20,000 nt of DNA from an uncultured virus (IMG/VR IMGVR_UViG_3300001605_000024) (Duplodnaviria > Heunggongvirae > Uroviricota > Caudoviricetes). The position numbers were made by a program, and so were the translations under genes. The notes under the pieces are model-generated. The model was not told the origin of the DNA. It searched no databases and saw only the letters and a program-made list of their open reading frames with translations. Shown here piece by piece: positions 14,189 to 20,000 of this stretch; the stretch's first letter is position 1, and each line of letters starts with the position of its first letter. The stretch covers positions 57,268 through 77,267 of IMG/VR virus record IMGVR_UViG_3300001605_000024. One strand, 5' to 3'.

Positions 14189-14282
14189 AAACTAAGGTAC
14201 CTATTTTGAGAAGGTAGGTCGTCTGAGTTGACCGCAGACATAAAATTTTATTCAGGAAGAAATAAAAAATCTCCCTTAGTTT
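14189..14282 (+). ncRNA. Four-way-junction RNA, not a tRNA
   Basis: 9-bp closing stem AAACTAAGG/CCTTAGTTT enclosing three hairpins. Confidence 0.5.
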
Positions 14283-14311
14283 GGCTTTCTTAAATATAGA
14301 TATTATATTTA
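14279..14311 (+). promoter_or_regulatory. Bacteroidota-type promoter
   Basis: GTTTGGC-N18-TATATTTA. Confidence 0.8.
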
Positions 14312-14326
14312 GATATAAATTAAAAT

Positions 14327-14409
14327 GTCAGAGTGTCGTAACAGGTAGCCGAGATAGACTTAAAATCTATTGAGCATAGCTCGTGCGGGTTCGAGTCCCG
14401 CCTCTGATA
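14327..14409 (+). tRNA. tRNA-Leu(TAA)
   Basis: ATAGA-CTTAAAA-TCTAT; variable arm. Confidence 0.92.
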
Positions 14410-14438
14410 CAAAAAAATAGCATCAATACATTAAAAAT

Positions 14439-14514
14439 GGTTCGTTAGGGGAGTTAGGCCGTCCCCGTTTGCCTGTCACGCAAAAGATCACGGGTTCAAA
14501 TCCCGTACGAACCG
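14439..14514 (+). tRNA. tRNA-Asp(GTC)
   Basis: TTTGC-CTGTCAC-GCAAA; G73. Confidence 0.93.
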
Positions 14515-14516
14515 CA

Positions 14517-14695
14517 ATTACTAGTTGTAGATCTTTATAGACATTCTATTGGACGTGAGTTCGAATCTCACCATCTCCACATCTAAAATTATTAACTGGG
14601 GATGACCGGTATTGACAGTAGAGAGAGTAGATAAAAGGAGATTAGTAGTTAAAGCAAACGACAACTTTGCATTAGCGGCCTAAAAAGCCATAGCG
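14517..14695 (+). ncRNA. ssrA: Circularly permuted (two-piece) tmRNA; acceptor piece about 14517-14579, coding piece from 14598; tag ANDNFALAA
   Basis: GGAC-GTGAG-TTCGAAT-CTCAC-CATCTCCA precedes GGGGATG...TTGAC; G3:U70; tag frame 14654-14683; 3' boundary approximate. Confidence 0.88.
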
Positions 14696-14837
14696 TTGAT
14701 GTTGTGCTCGATACTGTCGCGGTAAGTTAATTATACTAGGTATAAACAACTTATTTCCAGTACAATGAGAGTCCAGCGTGATCTGGCCAAATTCGGGTAA
14801 AATTATTCCCCCCTAAATCTTTTATGATTTAGGTCAG

Positions 14838-14873
14838 GAGGTGGGATACTATAAAAAGTTCTCACCTCTTTTT
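14838..14873 (+). terminator. Intrinsic terminator-like hairpin before tRNA-Cys
   Basis: GAGGTGGGA...TCTCACCTC followed by TTTTT. Confidence 0.6.
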
Positions 14874-14879
14874 ACTAAT

Positions 14880-14953
14880 GGTACTATACCCAAGTGGCTT
14901 AAGGGGCTTGTCTGCAAAACAAGTATTCATTGGTTCAAATCCAATTAGTACCT
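14880..14953 (+). tRNA. tRNA-Cys(GCA)
   Basis: CTTGT-CTGCAAA-ACAAG; U73. Confidence 0.93.
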
Positions 14954-14962
14954 CTAAACATT

Positions 14963-14998
14963 AAAGCTTGGCTATTCAAGCTTTCTTTATTATATTTA
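14963..14998 (+). promoter_or_regulatory. Overlapping terminator hairpin and promoter
   Basis: AAAGCTTG/CAAGCTTT hairpin containing GCTTGGC; TATATTTA at the conserved spacing. Confidence 0.7.
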
Positions 14999-15002
14999 CA
15001 TT

Positions 15003-15587
15003 ATGAAAAAAATAATATTTCTTGACCATGATGGTGTAATATGTTTATCCCGCAATTGGGGTACTCGCCATACTAAACAAAGGAAATGGGGAAAACGAAA
15101 AATGTCAATGGATCTCCAATCTATTCCTATAGAATATCGATTTGATAACTTTGATAAAAAATCAATTGAGTTATTAAATGATATACTAGAGCAAACTAAT
15201 GCTGATATAGTTGTTAGCTCTGACTGGAGACTTTTTACTTCTCTAAATGAAATGAGTACATATTACACATCTCAAGGAATCATTAAAACGCCGGTTGGAT
15301 TCACAAGAAAATTAGGAGATTTTGATGTACCTAAAGAATTTGAATGGAACCGACAATGGGAACTAGAACAAACCAGATGCTTTGAAATTCACCAATATCT
15401 AAAAGACCATCCAGATATTACACATTGGGTTGCGATTGATGATTTGGATATGAGAAAAATTGGTAAACACTATTCTGTTGATTTTGAGCATGAATGGGGA
15501 TTAGATAATTTTGTCCATACTCCTTTAAGTCGAGAAGGCATTAAGCAAACCGGGGTTAAAGAAAAAATATTAAGTTTCTTAACTTAA
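15003..15587 (+). CDS. HAD-family phosphatase, RNA-repair-associated (HAD_SAK_2-like)
   Basis: IFLDHDGV, VVSSDWR and WVAIDD motifs. Confidence 0.8.
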   Translation: MKKIIFLDHDGVICLSRNWGTRHTKQRKWGKRKMSMDLQSIPIEYRFDNFDKKSIELLNDILEQTNADIVVSSDWRLFTSLNEMSTYYTSQGIIKTPVGFTRKLGDFDVPKEFEWNRQWELEQTRCFEIHQYLKDHPDITHWVAIDDLDMRKIGKHYSVDFEHEWGLDNFVHTPLSREGIKQTGVKEKILSFLT

Positions 15588-15621
15588 AGCTTGGCTCTCC
15601 AAGCTTTTTTTCTTATCTTTA
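15586..15621 (+). promoter_or_regulatory. Overlapping terminator hairpin and promoter
   Basis: AAAGCTTGG-CTCT-CCAAGCTTT plus T run; GCTTGGC-N18-TATCTTTA. Confidence 0.75.
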
Positions 15622-15641
15622 TATAAATAAAATTAACGGTT

Positions 15642-16208
15642 ATGGCAACACTTACAATAACAGAAGAACAACTTAAACTAATCCAAACTGCACTAGACTT
15701 TTATTCCAGAGTAGGTATTGGTCAGATGTGGGCAATTAAAGATCATCCCACATATCAAAATGTATTATATGATAAACTAAGACCTAAAAAAGAAATAGAA
15801 GTAGGTGATAGAACTGAAAGAGGAGAGGTTGTTGAACTAGGTAAAGGTTATATCAAAACAAAAGGGAGTTGGGGAAATGGTGAAGAAATTCGTACTCATA
15901 AAGATATTAAAAATGTAAAATTATCTATTGATTATGACTTATACCATCAAATAAGAGATGAGGGTGAGGATTTATTAAATCAAGGTAGAAATAAACTATT
16001 ACAGATAGACTTACATAAAAATGGCAGTTATGGTATATTTAATGAACAAGTTGATGATAGTTGTAGAGTTGCTTTTGATATTATTCAAGTTATACGACAC
16101 GAATTTTGGAAAAGAAATCCTGAAAGAAGTAATACTGTAGATTCTTCTACAACTATTTGGACTAAAGATGGTAATAAAGTTAAATGTCAACTTAATAGCG
16201 GAGAATAA
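15642..16208 (+). CDS. Hypothetical protein
   Basis: 188-aa ORF after a promoter. Confidence 0.75.
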   Translation: MATLTITEEQLKLIQTALDFYSRVGIGQMWAIKDHPTYQNVLYDKLRPKKEIEVGDRTERGEVVELGKGYIKTKGSWGNGEEIRTHKDIKNVKLSIDYDLYHQIRDEGEDLLNQGRNKLLQIDLHKNGSYGIFNEQVDDSCRVAFDIIQVIRHEFWKRNPERSNTVDSSTTIWTKDGNKVKCQLNSGE

Positions 16209-16210
16209 TT

Positions 16211-16597
16211 ATGAAAGATTATAACGAACAAGAATTCAATAAACTCTGTGCTGAATTTTTTGAATGGGAATTTGTATATAAAAAAGGATATGTTAATGGA
16301 TACTCTACTATAATTAATAATTTTATAGGTTCTGAGTATGTTCCTATAATTCATTTAAAATTCCACTCAGATTGGAATTGGATAATGGAGGTTGTTGAGA
16401 AGATTGAACATATTAAAAAATATTCTATTGGTATAGATAGTCATCCTTCTTATGGCACAAGTGTATTAATTCAACATGCTCACATAAATGGAGTTTATGA
16501 TTTAGTAATAAAAGAATCTACACACTGGAATAAAAAAGAAGCAGTAGTAGAAGCAATTTGGCAATTCTTAAACTGGTATAACGAACAAAAACAATGA
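16211..16597 (+). CDS. Hypothetical phage protein (FHSDWNWIMEVVEKIE motif)
   Basis: 128-aa ORF, tightly packed. Confidence 0.75.
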   Translation: MKDYNEQEFNKLCAEFFEWEFVYKKGYVNGYSTIINNFIGSEYVPIIHLKFHSDWNWIMEVVEKIEHIKKYSIGIDSHPSYGTSVLIQHAHINGVYDLVIKESTHWNKKEAVVEAIWQFLNWYNEQKQ

Positions 16598-16800
16598 CAT
16601 TTAAAGAATATATTGAAGATGTAAAATCCCAACTTGAATGTAATGAAGTTGAAGGTAGAGAGGGATGGGTACTTTATACTTACACTAATGAACAAATTGA
16701 CTCTAATCTGGAATATTTTAAGTATTGCTTTCAAAAAAATTTATCCTCATACAAGTCATTACTTTTCTTTTATGATAACATATTAAGCTTGGAGGGATAA
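16594..16800 (+). CDS. Small hypothetical protein
   Basis: ATGA overlap with the previous gene. Confidence 0.65.
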   Translation: MTFKEYIEDVKSQLECNEVEGREGWVLYTYTNEQIDSNLEYFKYCFQKNLSSYKSLLFFYDNILSLEG

Positions 16801-16833
16801 GTTTGGCCTCTCAAATTCTCTTACTTATATTTA
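16801..16833 (+). promoter_or_regulatory. Bacteroidota-type promoter
   Basis: GTTTGGC-N18-TATATTTA. Confidence 0.8.
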
Positions 16834-16863
16834 TATATAAGAAAAATAAAAACCTAAAATTTT

Positions 16864-16968
16864 ATGAAAATGTCTAACAACAAAAAATGGTTCTGGTATA
16901 TTTTTATACCTTCTTTTATAGTGTGGTTGGTAATTATATTAAAAATCTTGATTAATTATTTTAATTAA
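16864..16968 (+). CDS. 34-aa single-pass membrane peptide
   Basis: MKMSNNKKWFWYIFIPSFIVWLVIILKILINYFN; first ORF after a promoter. Confidence 0.5.
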   Translation: MKMSNNKKWFWYIFIPSFIVWLVIILKILINYFN

Positions 16969-16998
16969 GAGATAAATACAAAAAAAACAAAAAAGGTT

Positions 16999-18030
16999 AT
17001 GAATTTACTGCAAACATTAGAGCAATATCACAATGAAGGATGGTTAATCAAACAGAAACATCCGGATTTTCCAATCACCATTTGGAATTATTCCAAAACT
17101 ACCCAATATGTTAGGAAATGGGATAAAATTACATTAATGTGTAGAGGATTAGTTACTATGGATGATACTGGAGAAATTTTAGCTCGTCCTTTTAAAAAAT
17201 TCTTTAATATAGAAGAAAATCAACACACACCTACCCCAGATTTTGATGTATTTGAAAAAATGGATGGTTCCTTAATTATTTCCTTCTATTTATGGGGTAG
17301 TTGGATATTTGCATCTCGTGGCTCATTTACTTCAGATCAAGCCAAAGCCGCTTCTAAGTTATTTTATTCTCAATGTGATTGTATAGGAATGAATATGGAT
17401 GTTACTTACTTGTTTGAATTCACTGCTCCATGGAATAGAATAGTAGTGGATTATGGTGATAAAGAAAATTTAACTTTACTAGGTGCTATTAGAAATGAAG
17501 ATGGGGTGGAAGCACCATGGTGGCATTTAGAATTAGTCTCTAAAGAAAATAAAATTGACTTAGTTAAAAAGTATGATGGTATTAATGACTACACTACTTT
17601 AAAAAGTAAAATCCAAGATAATGCTGAAGGATTTGTTATTAAATTTTCTAATGGTGATAAAGTAAAAATTAAAGGAGAAGAATATTTAAGACTACATAAA
17701 ATCATGACTAATATCTCTACTACTGATATTTGGGAAACTTTATCAGATGGTAGAAATATGGAAGAGATATTGAAAGATGTTCCTGATGAATTTTATAATA
17801 AAATCAAAGAGGTAGTTGGTGATATTGCCGTTAGGTTTGATAATATTAGAACAGATTATATCCAATATTTTACCGATATTGTATTCAAAATAGGTAGAGA
17901 AGATAGGAGAAGATTTGCTGAAGAAGCAAGAAGATATAATCATTCTTCAATTTTATTCGCTATGTTAGATGGAAAGGATATCAATCCTATAATTTGGAAA
18001 ATTGTAAAACCTGAATGGAAAAAAATTTAA
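16999..18030 (+). CDS. T4 Rnl1-like RNA ligase
   Basis: CRGLV, RPFKKFFN, EKMDGS (motif I), LFEF, EGFV, KIKGEEY. Confidence 0.92.
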   Translation: MNLLQTLEQYHNEGWLIKQKHPDFPITIWNYSKTTQYVRKWDKITLMCRGLVTMDDTGEILARPFKKFFNIEENQHTPTPDFDVFEKMDGSLIISFYLWGSWIFASRGSFTSDQAKAASKLFYSQCDCIGMNMDVTYLFEFTAPWNRIVVDYGDKENLTLLGAIRNEDGVEAPWWHLELVSKENKIDLVKKYDGINDYTTLKSKIQDNAEGFVIKFSNGDKVKIKGEEYLRLHKIMTNISTTDIWETLSDGRNMEEILKDVPDEFYNKIKEVVGDIAVRFDNIRTDYIQYFTDIVFKIGREDRRRFAEEARRYNHSSILFAMLDGKDINPIIWKIVKPEWKKI

Positions 18031-18034
18031 GATG

Positions 18035-18067
18035 GTTTGGCTCTCCAATCTTCCTTACTTATCTTTA
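18035..18067 (+). promoter_or_regulatory. Bacteroidota-type promoter
   Basis: GTTTGGC-N18-TATCTTTA. Confidence 0.8.
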
Positions 18068-18086
18068 GGTATAAGAAAAAACAGTT

Positions 18087-18494
18087 ATGAAAACATTAAT
18101 ACTCCTAAGAGGATTACCAGGATCAGGAAAATCTACATTTGCTCGTTATATGTTTTCAAATAACGTGTTTGAGACAGATCAGTATTTCTATGATCATGAT
18201 GGTAACTACAATTTTGACTCAACCAAACTTAAAGAAGCACATCAAGATTGTCAAAAACGTGTAGAAGCTCTAATGGAAATATCAGACTCAACTCAATATG
18301 GGAAAGAGATTGTGGTAGCTAATACATTTACTCAAGAATGGGAAATGCAACCTTATTTTGATCTAGCCTCTAAATATAATTATGGAGTATTTAGTTTAAT
18401 AGTAGAAAATAGACATAATGGTATAAATATCCATAATGTTCCTGAAGATAAACTTAAACAAATGGCAAACCGATTTCAATTTAAATTAAAATAA
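18087..18494 (+). CDS. P-loop kinase, polynucleotide-kinase-like (AAA_33)
   Basis: LRGLPGSGKST Walker A, VVANTF, NIHNVP; next to the RNA ligase. Confidence 0.85.
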   Translation: MKTLILLRGLPGSGKSTFARYMFSNNVFETDQYFYDHDGNYNFDSTKLKEAHQDCQKRVEALMEISDSTQYGKEIVVANTFTQEWEMQPYFDLASKYNYGVFSLIVENRHNGINIHNVPEDKLKQMANRFQFKLK

Positions 18495-18495
18495 C

Positions 18496-18666
18496 ATGCA
18501 AATATCAGGTATTCCAATGGAAATGGCTCTTCAATTAATGTCTAGATACATTTATGAGCAAAAAGGAACTATTATAAAAATTAAAGCTCCTGTAACTCCC
18601 CGTGAAATTGAATTATTTGAACAAATGATAGGCACAGTACTTGACTACTATAATATACCATTATGA
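18496..18666 (+). CDS. Small hypothetical protein (56 aa, MQISGIPMEM...)
   Basis: Manual translation; ATGA overlap with the next gene. Confidence 0.6.
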   Translation: MQISGIPMEMALQLMSRYIYEQKGTIIKIKAPVTPREIELFEQMIGTVLDYYNIPL

Positions 18667-19148
18667 TACCTACTATAAAATCTTTCTTTAGAAAAATTAA
18701 ACGTACTTTAGAATTTCTTCCATTAATATGGGAGGGATATGACTTTGATTATAGATATGCTTTAGATTTATTCTATTATCAGTTAAAAAGAACTGCAGAT
18801 TTATTGGATTCAGATAAAGCATATTCTGTTAACGCAAAACAGGATGCTAGACGATTAAGAACTATACTTGAACTTATGAAGAAGGTTTATGATGAAGAGT
18901 ATAGAATGGAACATTTTGAACAAATGGAAAGATTTTGGGGGGGATCTGATTGGGAATGGGAAGATAATAATGATGGAACTTCAACCTACAGAGGTATTAA
19001 ATGGAAATTTGCTCATACTCCAGAACAACAAGAGAAAGCTGAAAGACAATTTACAGGATTGGCTATAGCTGCTGAAAAAAAACATCAACGTGCTAAAAAA
19101 TTATTATGGGAATTAGTAGAACACAACTTGGAGCATTTCTGGGATTAA
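18663..19148 (+). CDS. Hypothetical phage protein
   Basis: 161-aa ORF ending in HFWD. Confidence 0.75.
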   Translation: MIPTIKSFFRKIKRTLEFLPLIWEGYDFDYRYALDLFYYQLKRTADLLDSDKAYSVNAKQDARRLRTILELMKKVYDEEYRMEHFEQMERFWGGSDWEWEDNNDGTSTYRGIKWKFAHTPEQQEKAERQFTGLAIAAEKKHQRAKKLLWELVEHNLEHFWD

Positions 19149-19309
19149 TTATACTTATGGTAGGTTGTTCTCCTAAATTATCTACTGTAAATCAAATTAA
19201 AAATTTATCTGAAGAAAATGGTAGAATAAAATTAAAAATTATTCTATTAGATACAAATCCGGAAATAGATTGGAACAAAGTAGATAGTTTATATAATATT
19301 AAATACTAA
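19106..19309 (+). CDS. Small putative lipoprotein
   Basis: Hydrophobic signal ending in MVG-C; start embedded in the upstream gene. Confidence 0.5.
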   Translation: MGISRTQLGAFLGLIILMVGCSPKLSTVNQIKNLSEENGRIKLKIILLDTNPEIDWNKVDSLYNIKY

Positions 19310-19311
19310 CA

Positions 19312-19527
19312 ATGAAATATATATTTAGAGGTTATACAGTATTTGAGTATATTCCTAATAACCCAGGAGATAAAGTAATACAACATCAAATACATGGCAG
19401 TATCGCGGCATTTGATCACTGCCGATTTATTACAGAGGATTACAACCATTTATCTAACTTCTTTGATACTGTATATAGGCACATACAAGGAGAAAATATT
19501 GAATTAAAAGATATAGAAGTTTATTAA
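19312..19527 (+). CDS. Small hypothetical protein
   Basis: 71-aa ORF, tight packing. Confidence 0.65.
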   Translation: MKYIFRGYTVFEYIPNNPGDKVIQHQIHGSIAAFDHCRFITEDYNHLSNFFDTVYRHIQGENIELKDIEVY

Positions 19528-19528
19528 T

Positions 19529-19666
19529 ATGAAAATATCAACAAGTAGATTTTACGGGCAATTTTATATAACACCTTTCCTAGCCATCACCTATAATAAA
19601 AACTTAAATGGTAATTATGAAGTATTTATTGGGTGGTTTAAGTGGGAACTAGTAATTTCATTCTAA
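19529..19666 (+). CDS. Small hypothetical protein (45 aa, MKISTSRFYG...)
   Basis: Manual translation; TAA-T-ATG junctions on both sides. Confidence 0.6.
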   Translation: MKISTSRFYGQFYITPFLAITYNKNLNGNYEVFIGWFKWELVISF

Positions 19667-19667
19667 T

Positions 19668-19967
19668 ATGAAATCTATAACTAAAACATACCAGATCAAA
19701 GAAGTGATAGTTTATGGGAATAGAGGTCAGGTTGTAAACACTTATTACTATATCGTAGAACCTGTTAAGATATTTGGAAAAGTTATTTGGTATCGCAGTA
19801 TTAAAGAAGAAATGGCGGGAAGTATGGAGAGTTTTTATGGTACTATAAATTTCTCTACTTTACTAGAAGCTCAGCAGTATATTAAAGATATTTTATTAAC
19901 CCCAGGGCCGAGGAATGTTATTAAAAAGTCTATAGTTGATAATATTCAAATTAAAATATTTAACTAA
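19668..19967 (+). CDS. Hypothetical protein
   Basis: 99-aa ORF, tight packing. Confidence 0.7.
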   Translation: MKSITKTYQIKEVIVYGNRGQVVNTYYYIVEPVKIFGKVIWYRSIKEEMAGSMESFYGTINFSTLLEAQQYIKDILLTPGPRNVIKKSIVDNIQIKIFN

Positions 19968-20000
19968 TATGAAAAAAAGACTTACATATCAACAAAAAAA

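Noticed and set aside
9945..14870. RNase P RNA, SRP RNA or rRNA among the structured segments
   Set aside because: I could not find their signature sequences, such as the RNase P GAGGAAAGTCC element.
9042..14953. Stop-codon recoding or suppressor tRNAs
   Set aside because: No CTA, TTA or TCA anticodon was found, and long genes read intact with TAA, TAG and TGA all used as stops.
1094..17943. Minus-strand ORFs in the track (1094, 2754, 3357, 5002, 6361, 8415, 16495, 17743)
   Set aside because: They are antisense shadows of well-supported + strand genes and have no recognisable motifs.

Overview
AT-rich fragment of a large lytic phage, probably infecting Bacteroidota. Eleven 33-bp GTTTGGC/GCTTGGC-N18-TAT[A/C]TTTA promoters (plus one degenerate copy) resemble the Bacteroidota -33/-7 consensus, starts are A-rich without Shine-Dalgarno sites, and all credible genes are on the + strand. 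The left part holds nrdB (3' end), nrdA, a GIY-YIG endonuclease, GH19 endolysin plus holin, a TGT/DpdA-like gene and queC. The centre (about 8.7-15.0 kb) is an RNA island with 26 tRNAs forming a non-redundant set for all 20 amino acids, a circularly permuted tmRNA, three tRNA-like RNAs with greatly expanded arms, several unexplained structured RNAs, two boxA-like elements and three HNH genes. The right part holds an RNA-repair set (HAD phosphatase, Rnl1-type ligase, PNK-type kinase) among small hypothetical genes. The most striking observation is a 40-codon leader ORF (8688-8810), absent from the ORF track, directly upstream of the tRNA array. It uses all 20 amino acids within its first 30 codons, contains codons for 24 of the 26 array tRNAs, and carries an 8-nt segment complementary to the 5' arm of the following intrinsic terminator. 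It looks like a pan-tRNA-sensing attenuator controlling a backup translation island; the function is inferred, not shown. All RNA folds were read by eye and boundaries may be off by a few nt.
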